In this document: one piece after another, positions 10,920-24,200 of the stretch
Numbering within the stretch: the stretch's first letter is position 1
Layout: each line of letters starts with the position of its first letter
Origin: Pelomyxa schiedti
Lineage: Eukaryota > Protista > Evosea
Length of the DNA: 64,000 nt
Direction of reading: 5' to 3'
NCBI GenBank assembly: GCA_020536535.1
Contig: JAHLWZ010000526.1
Coordinates: 1 to 64,000, forward strand
Notes under the pieces: generated by a model
Seen by the model: the letters and a program-made list of their open reading frames with translations, nothing else
Told to the model about the DNA's origin: nothing
The model's database searches: none
Translations under genes and position numbers: made by a program

Positions 10920-13751
10920 ATGGAGCAGCTGTTGCCAGTCATAAACAAACTGCAGGATGTGTTCACGTTGGCTGGTGCCGAACCAATCGACTTGCCACAA
11001 ATTGTTGTCGTGGGAAGTCAATCCAGGTGCCTACGTTTTCCTTTCCTTTTTTTTCTTTTTGTATTTTTCTTCTCCGTAACTGTATGGTTCAGCGGGAAGA
11101 GTTCTGTTTTGGAACACATTGTAGGACGTGATTTCTTACCCCGTGGTTCAGGAATAGTGACAAGAAGGCCTCTTATTCTGCAACTATCTACAAGTACCAT
11201 TTAGTTTCATCCTTGAAAAAAAGCACTAACAAGTAAAACAAAGATAAATTGGATTCCAAAGAGTGGGGCGAGTTTTTGCACAAACCAAGTGTGTTGATCC
11301 CAACTGGATTCAAGCATTAATTTTCACCTCAAGATGTAAGATTTGCGGACTTTTCGGAAATTAGGGAAGAAATTAAAAGGGAAACTGATAGAGCTGCAGG
11401 TGTGTTCTTATGTTCAATTTCACATGCACTCATAGCTGTTAAGGCAGCAACAAGGGTGTCAACAATACACCAATCAAGTGCGTTCCCTTTTTTTAAAAAA
11501 GAAAAAACTTATGGCCAATAGCTTGAAGATCAGTTCCCCACATGTATTAAACCTCACCTTGGTTGACTTGCCTGGCATGACAAGAGTAAGTGCAGTTCTT
11601 GTTGGCCACACAGGGCATCCTAAAGCAATTACAGGTACCAGTAGGCGACCAACCAAGCAATATCGAAGACATTATTCGAAAAATGATAAAGGGTTACATA
11701 GCAAAACCCAATTCAATAATCCTGGCACTCACTGCTGCTAATACTGATTTATCTAACTCTGACGCCCTTCAGCTGGCCAGTGAAGTGGACCCTGAGGGTA
11801 TAAACTTCTTTCAACATTTTTCAGTCACTTACACTTTTGTTTTCTTCTAGGAAAAAGAACTCTTGGCGTTGTATGTGTCAAAACAATTTTTTTCCTATCA
11901 CTTATTCATTATTTATCTCCAGCTTACCAAATTGGACATTATGGACAGAGGTACATCTGCAATAGATGTTCTATATAACCGGGCAATACCTCTGGCACTG
12001 GGATATGTTGGTGTCGTCAATAGGAGTCAAGAAGATATCATGAGAGATAAGCCTATAAGCGAAGCACTGAAAACTGAAGCTCTCTTTTTTGAAAATCATC
12101 CAAATTATTCCGCTATCGCTTCACGGTGTGGCACACCATTTTTGGCACAGAGACTGAATGAGGTACAGAATTTCATTGTTTTTTTTTTTTTTTTAAAACA
12201 GCCATTAATAAGTAATCTCACCTATTGTTAGATCCTGCTAAACCACATCAAAGACGTGTTGCCATCTTTGAAGACAAAAATTGCCCAAAAGATTGCAGAA
12301 ACCGATGCCGAGCTTTCTACATATGGTGATGTTGGCTTGTTAGATTCAAAAAGTAGCCAGGTTGTTGTTCTACAATCAGCTATCTGAACTGAATAGTTGT
12401 TACAGGGAGCTTTGTTATTGAGAATAATTACAGCATTTTCTGATGACTTCAAGAATACAATCGATGGAAAATCCCCTGCCGTAATGAACAAAACTGAAAT
12501 GTAGTTTGTGTGATTATTGAAATGATTACTCAAACAATCCAATAAAAAAACAGATCAGGGGGTGCCAGAATCAACTATATATTTACGGACATGTACACAC
12601 CGGTTCTCCGGGAAATTGATCCCTTGCAAGGTCTCACTGTTGATGGTAGGCACATGAAAATCTTTTGCATCCCTTAATTCCAACCTGCATAGAAATTCGT
12701 ACTGCCCTTCGCAATGCCACTGGGCCTCATATTGGCATCTTTGTTCCCGAGTCATGCTTCGAGCAACTAGTGAGAGCGCAAATTTCGAGACTTGAAGATC
12801 CATCTATAAGATGTCTGGATTTGGTGTATGAGGAGCTTTTGAAGCTTGTGTCGAGCGTGGAATCTCGTATACCGGTATCTTGTCCCTTTTTGGAAATGGA
12901 ATTTAACTTTGAACCTCTACCCTGTGCAGGAATTACAACGGTTTCAAATACTACGCGAGAATCTAATTGAAGCTGTGACGGATCTACTGCGTGGTATGAG
13001 AAATCCAGCACGCCAAATGATTCTAAACATGATTGCACTGCATCTGGCTTATATAAGTTGTCTCCCCGAATACTCTCCTTTTCCTCACCAACTGAAAAGA
13101 CACAAGCCACTCCGATTTCATTGGAAGCAAGACGTTTTCGCTTCCACAACAGCAACCACCACAAGCAAGCGCAATAAACTCGACAACACCTCCAACTTCC
13201 ACCAAAGGAAACGCCAACACCCAACGTACAATTTCCCCACCAGTCAAGGTAAATTCCTACTTTGTGGGTAGCTCAAACACTTATCCATAGCAGATCGCCA
13301 GACGCGATTCAGATGAAGTTGAGGGACTGCGAATGGTTGCCCCCACACTCTGCCCCCCCTTTTTAACTGTATTTCTCACAGGTCCCATCAACAATCAAAA
13401 TCACAACTTCTGCCACCGAGAAAGAAAACAACGATACCGAACTCATCAGTTTGCCTCCTTTTTTTTCTGGTTCACAACTAACAGACAACAGAGACACTTC
13501 TTGAATCGTACTTCAATACCGTACGAAAGAACATCAACGACACCGTTCCCAAGGCCATCATGCACTTCCTTGTGAATACCGCCAAAGAAAACATGCACAA
13601 CGAGCTCGTCAACAGACTGTACCATGCCGAGAAATTCTCTGAGCTGCTTGAAGAGCAACACGGAATCGTTGAAAAGAGGAAAGCCTGCAAAGCCATGCTA
13701 GATGCTCTCCAGAAAGCCCAAAAAATTGTCAACCAAGTTCGCGGGATGTAA
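10920..13751 (+). CDS. Dynamin-related GTPase (Drp1/Vps1-like), multi-exon
   Basis: [26 protein letters not shown]|[43 protein letters not shown], middle domain, and GED (MHFLVN...RLY...KAQKIV*). Confidence 0.93.
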
Positions 13752-13881
13752 AAAAAAAAAAACAAGGAATTCGGCACTCTTCTCTTCTTTGGCTGAATGG
13801 AAAGGTTCTTTATCATAAGTTTCCCGTGTTTCTTTGTTGTACAGTGCCGAACGTGATGTTTTGGTGTCGTCAAGTGCGGTT

Positions 13882-15102
13882 TTATGACCAGGGAACTGCA
13901 AAACAAACAGCAAACCACTGGTTTGGCCGGAGTTGTGTTCTTTGAATCTCAGTCCCTGTCAGTGCATCGACAATGACCCACCAATTGCCTTGTCTGCCAT
14001 GTCTGTATGTATAACTCAGGAATCCACCTGCTCCAAAAACTGATGAATCGGAATAACTGTAATCGTGCATTCGCACGCGCTTCAGTGGAGTTGTTGGCTG
14101 GCTGTTGTGCACACACCGTGCCTCTATGTTGGAGCCTGGGCCATTTTTTGTTGTGTAAAACAAGTGCGTGGCATCAAGAAAATGAGGTTTGTTAAGGAGG
14201 CCGGTGACGTTCCCTGTGGGATCAACAATGCTGTAGAACCATTCCTCCAGTATCTTTGCATGCTCCGAAAGAAGAATGTAGCCCTTGGTTCCGAAGAATT
14301 GTAAATCGGGAGTGAAAGAATCCCCGAGCTCGAAACTGACTGTCTGTGTCCATACAAGGCTCCCAGATGATACTGATTTCTCAACACCGACATGCACCAC
14401 AGACCACCTCACTGTGCCAGTACCCTCCTTGTTTTCCAGCGCCATCATCAAGCAGTCGTCGCCACAAAATTCAATCGATTCGCAACAGTTCCAGCTCGAA
14501 TCATACGCCAAAACCGTGGGTTTCAACTTGCCACCGCCATCGCCACAACCATCCCTGCAACACGCAGCAGCCCTGACTGCGCCAATGCTCCACACCATCA
14601 CAGTGTGGTGTAACTTACTCAATGCAGCAACCCACTTCCTGCTGACCCCAACCACAACCTGCCCACACACACCCCCCTCAATGCAAGAAAAATCCAGCAC
14701 TCCCAGTTTCACAGGCCCATCCCCACTCCCACTCCCACTCCCACGTGCCGCAGTTGCACCAGCCAAAGACATGACGTCATAGCCCGAAAAGTCGCCCGAT
14801 ATCGCCAAGAAGGTGTCCCTGTCGAGCCAAGCAGAGACGGCGCCGGTGGAGACGACGACCCAGGGGCGCGACACGACGCCCAGGGTGGGGGACACGCCCA
14901 CCGCCACGACTTGCGACGAGCAGGAGGCCTCGGCCCACAGGAGGCGCACGGACTCCCTCACCACCCACTCGCGGCCGATCTCCGCCACGACCGCCGGGGA
15001 GAGCACGCGGGCGGGGCTCGCGGCTCCGCACCGCACGCTGTGGCAGCACAGCCCAAACGCCACGAACTGTGATCGTGCGTCGAGGTACTGTGAACGGTCC
15101 AT
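13882..15102 (-). CDS. Intronless 406-aa hypothetical protein of an apparently lineage-expanded family (ARxQF..RCGxxSPAR N-terminus)
   Basis: Single ORF starting MDRSQYLDARSQFVAFGLCCHSVRCGAASPARVLSPAVVAEIGREWVV. Beta-rich C-terminal region. GC-rich 5' half. Confidence 0.75.
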   Translation of the reverse strand: MDRSQYLDARSQFVAFGLCCHSVRCGAASPARVLSPAVVAEIGREWVVRESVRLLWAEASCSSQVVAVGVSPTLGVVSRPWVVVSTGAVSAWLDRDTFLAISGDFSGYDVMSLAGATAARGSGSGSGDGPVKLGVLDFSCIEGGVCGQVVVGVSRKWVAALSKLHHTVMVWSIGAVRAAACCRDGCGDGGGKLKPTVLAYDSSWNCCESIEFCGDDCLMMALENKEGTGTVRWSVVHVGVEKSVSSGSLVWTQTVSFELGDSFTPDLQFFGTKGYILLSEHAKILEEWFYSIVDPTGNVTGLLNKPHFLDATHLFYTTKNGPGSNIEARCVHNSQPTTPLKRVRMHDYSYSDSSVFGAGGFLSYTYRHGRQGNWWVIVDALTGTEIQRTQLRPNQWFAVCFAVPWS

Positions 15103-15271
15103 TCGTTGCGATCAAATCAGATAATTGCGGGGAAGTCTGGCACTATGCATACACTCCCTGAGAGTGGGGCACAGGGGCCGCTGAAGTAACTTGGTTACTT
15201 GTGGCACTCCAAAGAAGTCGGGATTCCAAAGTTACAAAACCAAAAAAAAAAAAAAAAAAAAACGTAGCGGC

Positions 15272-18200
15272 ATGAACATATTTCGTTCCTTTGGTTCGGC
15301 CGTCTACGAGACCTTCATTGGCTCCACGGTGGAGCCAACATACGGGACGCCTCTGAGACCCAACAGCAGCAACCTCAGGATCCCCATCGGCGGCCCCCCG
15401 CCGCTGCCCACCGCCCCTGTGCCCCCTCTCCCCTCTCTGCCGCCCCGCCTCGCAACGGCGGCCGTCCCGCCGCTCCCGAGGCCGCCGCCCCCGCGGGCGC
15501 CCGCCTCGCCCCCTTCCCGGGCCCCGCAGCGCGGCATTTCCGCCTCTGCCGTGGTCGAGAAGGGCACCCCGCCCGGCGGCCCAACTTCGTTTTTCATGCC
15601 GCCGCCCTCCGTCCTAAACCCCACGGGACCAGCTGCTGCGCCCCTGATGCCGAAGCCGACTGTGATCATGCCGCCGCCTGTGGTCATCAACGCGCCGCCG
15701 CAAGTGGTGATGCCAAAGCCCGTGGCGATTAACATTCCCTTGCCGACGAACCCACTGTCGCGGTCTGTCCCTGTGACGACATCGTCAAAGGGGGGCCCGT
15801 CGGCTTCCGCCAAGACCACGGCGCAGCCTTATACTGCCACGGCCGCGGCCACGGCGCGAGGTAAACAGGTTCAAGGAAACGCTAAACAAACTAGGGCAAC
15901 TGGTAATCAAGCGCCCAAGCAAACAAATGTGGCTCCCTCCTCTGTGCCAGGGAAAGCCAAGGTGACACCTGTTGGAAGAGGTGGAGGGGCCCCTGGAAGC
16001 CAACAACCCAAAACGCCTGGCTCAGTTGCACCAACTGAACAAGCTGCCACTCCACCACCAACTGCACCACCACCAGCCACTCCATCAATCACTCCACCAC
16101 CAACAACAACGCCAACCACCCCTCCGCCAACTCCAGTACCAACCACTCCTCCACCAAACCCTCTAGAGGAAGCAGCTGGTGCAACAAAGAGGAATGTCAC
16201 TTTGTTATGCAACTTCATTTCACGCATCCCGGAGAAGACATCTGACCCCACTTGGTCAACACAAAGAGAAAAGTTTGCCCAAGTGCTGTTTACAATTTTC
16301 AATAAATTTGATGACTGCAACACTGAATATGCCAACACTGAACGCCTCAAGGGATCATCATTCTGGAAAACTTTGTGGAGAGGGTCTGAAGCTATTCAAG
16401 GAGATCCCAATTTCGAAGAAAATGTCAAGCAGGTGGTGGAGAGCACAGTTACAACAATTTCAAATGTAAAGCAGAGTGTCCTACTTGAAGATTTCCCCAT
16501 GTTCATTTGCTTGTACCTTCGCCTTTTCAAGTTGAGTTTCTCACATCCTTCAATTTCTGACCTGACGATTTTTCTCTATCAGTGAAATTGGAGTCCTAAA
16601 GGACCAAGAAGCACTTGCACATAAGATGTTGGTAGCTGTCAAAATTGTGCACAATTCAGTGTTCACTGACATGACTGATCCTGTCACCCGTACTAATGAA
16701 ATAATAGCAGTAACAGAAGCATATACCTTGTGCACCACTAAGTCCCATTCACTTCCAGATTTTGAGGAGAATTCTTGTTCAAAATCAAAATTTGGTTTCC
16801 CTTCTAGAGACTCTGATCACAAGTAGATTGAAACTACCGGCAACAATGCTACACATTGATGTAAGCCTCCATCTATAGGCACATGAGCAAACTCTTTCCC
16901 TTTGCCAATGTTTTTAAAAGTGTATTCACGAATTTCATCTGCAAATGCTGCTCCTAGTAATGCATTCCCTAAAAGAAGTGAGATTAAATGACGACCAGGT
17001 CCTTCCCTTTTTTTTTCTTCCCCCAAATTCAACTTTTGCACCCTCTAGGTACTTAGGACTTGGGAAATTTTCTGCACAGAGAAATACCTTCCTTCTCTTT
17101 CCTTTGAGCAGCTGAGCAGAATTTTCAACAGGTCAAAAAAACTGAAAGCGTTCAAGACTGTCTCAAATTCTACTTTAGTCGGCCCACAATTTCCAATCAC
17201 GTTGCAAGTTCTTATCCAGCACAAGCATCTCTATGTGTACTGGAAGGAGCAAAACGAGGCATACTCTTAAACAAAACCTTGGGCACTCCTCAGCCCGATG
17301 TAACTGTCAAGGAAAATATTCCCTCACTTGTTTATTGGATATGCCCAGGGTCGTTTCCTCTGCCTGTAACAGACAGCTCTCTTAAAGTGTTATTTTTTAC
17401 CCTTTGATTTTTGTATTAATGCCTCCCAAGAAACTTACTGAACTTTTTTGTGGTCTGTCAAGATGGCTCAACATCTCCTTTTTCACTTAACTCTTCATTT
17501 ATTGCAGATTTCCTTTCTGTTACTTGTCCTATATGTTTGACACCAAATGACTCTGATGTGCAATGCCTTTCTAATTGGTGGTTTTACATCAAGTTTTGCG
17601 CTTCAAGGTTTTGTGCTTCTGACAAGTATGGCCCTTTGTTCATCTTCCAATCTGATTTTTTTTATAGCTTCATTTTTATGCTCACAGCTCCATTTTGTTC
17701 GGTAATATCCGAAGAAATAAACCTATTCTGATATCCTCACAGAGAACTATGCAATACGGAGTATCCAAAGTTCTTTCTAGAGTGAAAGAAGAGGCCAGAC
17801 AATTTACCTCGTCTACTCTCACTGGCTATCTTCATCTGGTGGGATCTTCCCTGAAGTTTGATGAATTCTATCAGTTGAGTAACACGACGTGATTTTTTCC
17901 CCTAATCCCCATATCAGAATTCCAGATACGTTTCTAGATTGTAAACTAATAATGCAATACGTGGCAACAAATTATACAACACTGTCGTTCATCAATATTG
18001 CTGGTCTCCTTGAGCGTTATGTCCATTTGTTGAAGTCTTTAGATGCTTCTCCTTCCAATGATCTTCCTACTGAAACTGGTTTTGCCGACCTGCCTAAACT
18101 GGTTTCACCCTTGGTGCCAGTTTTCAAAACCAGGAAGCTTCCACAGTGAGTACCTCTATTCTTCTATTATTTTCTGGTTTAAGGGTCTCCAGGTATGCAG

Positions 18201-21200
18201 ACTTGCTCACTCTTCCCTTATTATGTACTCAATACTCGAATTGTTTCATAGTCACAAACCCTGAGCACCTAAGTGCTATTAGAACCCTGTTATGTGATGT
18301 ATGCTGACCACTTTCTTTACTGAATTAATGACCAGCTGTAAAAAAAAAAAAGCTTGACCTCACAGAAATTGCAAGGAACTTCAAAACTATTTTGGCTGAC
18401 ATCACCAGGTAAGATGAGAATTAATTACGTTTAGACACTCATTTAACAATCTAGGAAGGAGCAAGACACAGCCAAAGACATTGTTTTGTCTTCTCCTTTG
18501 TATCATCTGGTTCTCCAATCGTTATGTGCGTTATTCTGTCTTTTCCGCAATAGCCATAAATTTCTATTTTTGTATGACTCTCCTCATTCAATCCCATAGG
18601 TGAGCTGATTGTCAGGTAGAAGAAAACCTCAGTCATCATCTATACTACCAATTCTAACATTCGCCTCCTCTCAGAAAGGAAGCACCACCAGGAGAACCAG
18701 TGTCAACCCAACTTCAGAAACTTGGAAGTTGGGTAGACACTCATGTACGCCCGATCCATCCCCAAGACCTGAACCAGTGCACATCTTTAGCGGAAATAGC
18801 TTTTTTCAGGCAGTGCATCTTCAGGTCTCTGGACATAACACGAGAGGATGCATTCAACATGTCACCCGCCTCCCTTCCACTCTTGGTCATGACTTCAGCA
18901 AGTGACTATAAAACCCACATTTTTTCAAGGGAGTATGATGAGTCACGTTGCAAGGTACCTACTACAAATACTCTTTTTCATCAGTTCAATGCAACAAGAT
19001 ACGTGCCACTTTAGAGAGTGTTTTTACAAGCATATGTGAAAAACAGATAACAAAGGCCCAACTCAACCATTTAAACCTATCAAGGTTTTTTGTACGGGAT
19101 GTTTTCCAGCTAATCCTCATAGATTTCGTGGGGAACCCATACAATTTGAGCTTCTGGGTCAAATCTGCAAATTATTGTTTCCTCAAAAACAGCTCCCCTC
19201 CCGGCAACATCTTCGAGAATTATTTGAGACCACTACGCAAGAACTAAAGGAACTGAGACTGTTGCGTATTTGGCTGAATGCAAAAGCGCGAGTCCGAATA
19301 CATAATGTATCACAGGAAGCATCTGTATGCTTGCTCCACTTGTACAATACGACTTTCCCTGAAATCTGGAAAAGATCGACGATGGAACATTAAGTGAGCT
19401 GATAAGTTGCTTGAATGAGCATAGAACTTCCCTGGGGTTGGCTCCAGAATCCTTAAAAGCTGTATGTGATTATCCTACCACTTTTCTGTACCACCCTAAC
19501 AATTTTAATTCAGCTGCTATTTTTTGTTGGTAATAAGAGTGCATTTTTTGAAGTGATACTCATTGATGAGACGAACCATATTTTGGTTTTATTTATTGTA
19601 CTTTCCTTAGCTTCTAATTGTGAAAGGGTGGCGTTGACTCCACAAGAGAGACACTCAGTGCTGTAATAAACTCTACAATTTCTATTATCACAGATTTTGT
19701 GCTGGGCAAAGTACAGCTACCTCGGGCATGATAGCATTGAAGATATTTCTTCCTTTTGACTGTTCCAACCCAGGTCAAGACTATTTTTGATAAACTCAGT
19801 GCAGTTGACTACTCAGCAGAGCTACAATTAATGTTGGTGCTTCCGTTTTTTTTCCTCCGTTTACCATTATAGAGAGAAATTCCTGCGTGCAAGTCACTGC
19901 ATCCCTGATAACCATCCACAGCTATACCTGGATGACGCCATTTCCCTATTACTTTACCTGAGCCATATTCCAGCCATATGTAACTGCTGTGAGCAGTACA
20001 AATTGTGTCTGCAATCTGCCCAAGAGTTGTCATCCTTTTCTCTAACATGCCAAACTGTATTTGCTGAATTTTGTTTCCCCTTTTTCACTTTTTCCAGATT
20101 AACTTAACACAATGCCCTTCATACTTGAGTAAAGTGAGAGAAATGGTAAAATTGTACTATCTAAATATAAACCAACCTTTATAAAAAAAAAAAAAAAGGT
20201 TGGAGGCATGCACCCTAGCAAGATGCCTTTTTTCGATTCACTTAGCATTGCAACTGATGTCCTTGACTGGTTTCAACAGTTTACCCCTACTGAATTTGAA
20301 GAAAAGTCTGCCTTTGTTCGTGGTTTAACCCAAGGGTATGCATGTTGTCCACTGTGCTACCTACTTAGTACTTTAGATGGGATTTTGGTTCTCGTCTTGA
20401 AATGTGTGTTTCCGCAGCGCATCGCTTTCTTGAGCCATTCCAACGAATCCGGAGTACTTCAATGACTGTTCCCACTACTACTGTGCATGATTTGTGCTTG
20501 TCACTCTCTGCTGTTCTTGGAAACTCTGATGCAGAAGTCCGGGATGCCATCCACAAGGTTGCCACAGTGCATGAGAACCTAGCACAAATAAAAGTAATGT
20601 TTTCGCAATCGGCTGGGCTCAGCCTTGAAGCCCTTCTCCCTTGTATGGTTCTTTGATTCCTTTGGAGTGTTTTGTTTTTGAACAAAACAAACTAAATTCC
20701 CTCAGATGTCACCCGTCTGAGACAACGAGGTTGTTATCGAAGCAGATTAGCACTTCATAATTTGGGTGTACCTTCACTTGTTCTTCTTGTTCATGTGGAT
20801 GGGAGTGGAAGTGAAAGTGGGAGTGGATTACAGGAGGAGTCTCAATCATATTTAATGAATCTCATACGTGCAATGAAGATCTTCATCAACAGCCAAGGTA
20901 GATGTAAAGTTCTGAAAAAGATTTCTAGCTTAACACTGAACAGAGGAACGAGATGAATTAAATGTCAGAGAGTTCGTAAAAATATTCCGATGGGCTGAGG
21001 TAAAGTTGTTTTTCTGAAATACATACACATTGTAAATGAGCAAAGAAAATGCATATGATGAGACTTACTTTAGAGAGCCTTGGACACCCAAATTATCAAG
21101 GTGGCGAGGCGCTTTTGAATCAACTTGGAGATTTAATGAATGCAGACAGAATAAAAAATTCATATCTTGAAGTAAGTTGTGTTGCGTCTGGGAAGTTTGT

Positions 21201-24200
21201 ATCCTTAATTTTTGTTAAAGATCAAAAAAATACTATCTAATTGGGCTGCTGCCCTGAGAGATGAATATAGACAGGTTACTTTTTCTCTCTAGATAAAGTT
21301 GTGACTGAACACTAATTAGGAACCACGACTCAATTTTCTTTCCGGAAGGCAACTAACTGCACTCAGCAAAAGGCTCACATCTCTTGCTATTCTTACTCCT
21401 GCAGCCATAACTTCGGCACCAGACTTAGACATAGAAGGCTTGATGCCCTATCTATGGGCATGCTTTCCCGACATTCCAACGGCCAGGACATTACCTGCTG
21501 CAAAGCAAGCGCTCATAAATGTTATCGAGCATCTTTCGAGCAACCCAAGTTCATGGGATCCGTTGTCATCACTAAAGCTGGTTCGCACTTTTGTTTCTCA
21601 TCTTCACCAGACGCTGTCTGAGAACTCTGACTGCAATCAAATCCTAAATGGTGAAATTGTTGTCATATTGGCAGAGTCATTTTCTCCAAGTAGTGTTACA
21701 TACCTGTTATATGAGCTCTTTTCCTTCATTCCGCCCCACCCGTCACAACTTCTTTATGGAAAGACTGCCACACAATCAGATTTAGACAGATTTCTTTTCT
21801 GTGTTTCATGCTTCCAACGCCTGCAGTTCGTGATTATTGGTGTGAATGAACTGCAGGAATCTTTGCGGCGTCAACTCTACAAGTGGACCTGTGATGTAAG
21901 CGCCAGTGAGAAGCCTACTTTTTCAAAGCTTCATCTCATTTTCACCAGCCGAGTTGGTGTTGATATGTTCTATTCACCAATTCCAAAGCAAGAGGAGATG
22001 GTGCTCACTGAATGTGTACCCCTGCTCCAAAAAAGCCCAGTTCTCAACCCACGAAACCTACTGCGGTCCGCTGGTATTGGAGTAGTACTGTTGTATACAG
22101 GCGGTCCTTGCTCGGGAAAAAGTACTGAAATACACTCCCGAATGCGTACTGAAGCTGTTGATGTGGTTTGTCTCAACTTCAGCATTACTGAAGGATTTTC
22201 TCTGGGGGATGTTGTTGAGGCTTTTTCCAAAATAATAGCTCGTTTAAAGGGAGGGCCTCGTATATCCTCTGTGGACATTCATGTTGAGATCTCTGCTTAT
22301 GCAGATATTCCTGTAGTTTCAGCACTATTGTACAATTTCGTTGTATGGAGACTTATTTGGGACTACAATACAGGAACTATGTTGTTCCTTCCAAGGGGTG
22401 TTGTATGGAATTTATATGTGGAGATAGCAACTGTGCCCGCTGAAGATGAGACTGATGGATTTGGCTTTTCAACTACCACCAAATTGTTAGAAAACATTCC
22501 CATTCTGCACCACCTGCGTGAAATTGCCGAAGTAAAAAATTCCACTATTGGGATGCAGGTGGATAACAATACTGCTATTGTTGCCAAGTTTTTGGAAGCC
22601 CGGGAGAAAAACATAATGGACACAGGAATTTCATTCATTTTTTTCTTACGAAAACCCTTTCCAACGGAAGTATACCAGGTCATCCAGAACTTTTTTGAAG
22701 CCTCCAACGACCCGTGCAAACTGACAATTTACCAACAACCCAAAAAGCTACGTCACTTTATTGCTTTACTTGCAGATCGATGCCATTGGCTGGCTAAACA
22801 TGCCGATCAGCGATATAAGCTCATGATGAGTGGCTTTGGCAACGTCGGGGAACAGATGGTTAAAATGTCCCTACTTTTCGACATGTTTCTATCTGAGAGT
22901 ATTTCTTTGTGCAATATGACATTAGATGCTGAGAAACAAATATACGTTGCTCGGCAGTGTGTAGAGAATATGAAGGAATCAAAAGATAGCCTCGCTGATA
23001 TACCTGTTCTCCCATGTGCTTTAGTTTTCTGTGAGGGGTACCCTCTTCCTAGTGAGCTGCACAAGTTGACCTTGCCTGAGGCACAATCAAATCCGGCAAT
23101 ACTCAGAGCAGAGGTTGCAACTGCATTTGGTGTTGAGAATCTGTACCACATCATACAATCGCAGGGCTATATTTTGACACCCGATTTTGCACTTAAGTTG
23201 CTTATTATAAATGATTACATGAAAGCAGGCCATAATATTACCTTATGTGGGGGTACAGGTACTACATATTACTTTTCATTGTAATACTAAACCCTAGTGA
23301 AGGTACTGGGAAAACAGAACTTCTGAATGTGTTCAGTGTAATTATCAATGCCAATGCTCGTGATCCAACCCGAAACAATAGAAAACTCATTCCGGACCTC
23401 ATCCAAAAAATTCAGCGCTTTTTGTTCACCAAAATGCTCAACAACCTTCCCATAACACCGGAACAGAAGGTGAAATTCCATGATTTTTGGAATAGGGCTA
23501 TGTCTGAAGAGGAGTTAGCAAAACATGTCAAAGAGTTGTGTGCACTACAAACCGTTGTTGAACCACCAGCAGTCCCTAACAGCATTTTTCCTTGGGTTGC
23601 CCACTTCTTCTGTGAGTGGGTTCACAGTAACCTATTGAAAAGACCCAATATTCTACGAACCAACTTCATGCTCCGTTTGTTTGACCCTGATCTTTCACAG
23701 CCACCAGAGTACAATGAAAGCAGTGCACCCAACCAGAAAGTAGTCACCCATGGAATTGATGACCTTGTACGACTCTTGACAGAGTTCAGGCAAGCAAAGT
23801 TTGATTCATTATTTCATCGGATCAGGATGCACCAGCGTATCACTGCTGACGAATTTCGAACAAGAATTAACAAGGTGAGGGCAGTTGTCAGTAGAATGCC
23901 CCCAAGTACAAAAGTTGTATGCTTCATAGATGAGTGTACATCAACAAGTTTATTGGGGATGGTGAAGGAAGTTATGTGTGATTCGCGGCTTGATGGTGTT
24001 AAGTTGCCAAACCAAATTTTCTTCGTTGCAGCACTGAATAAAAATGTTGCTCCTTCAACCCCAAACCTCACAGCCACCAGTGATTCTGCAATTCTTCAAA
24101 GCATCCATGACCGTGCAATTGATTATGTTGGAATCCCTTCACGCCTCACAAAGTCATTTGCTGTTCGCCCTCCACCACTTTCCTTGGAGAAGATAGTTGT

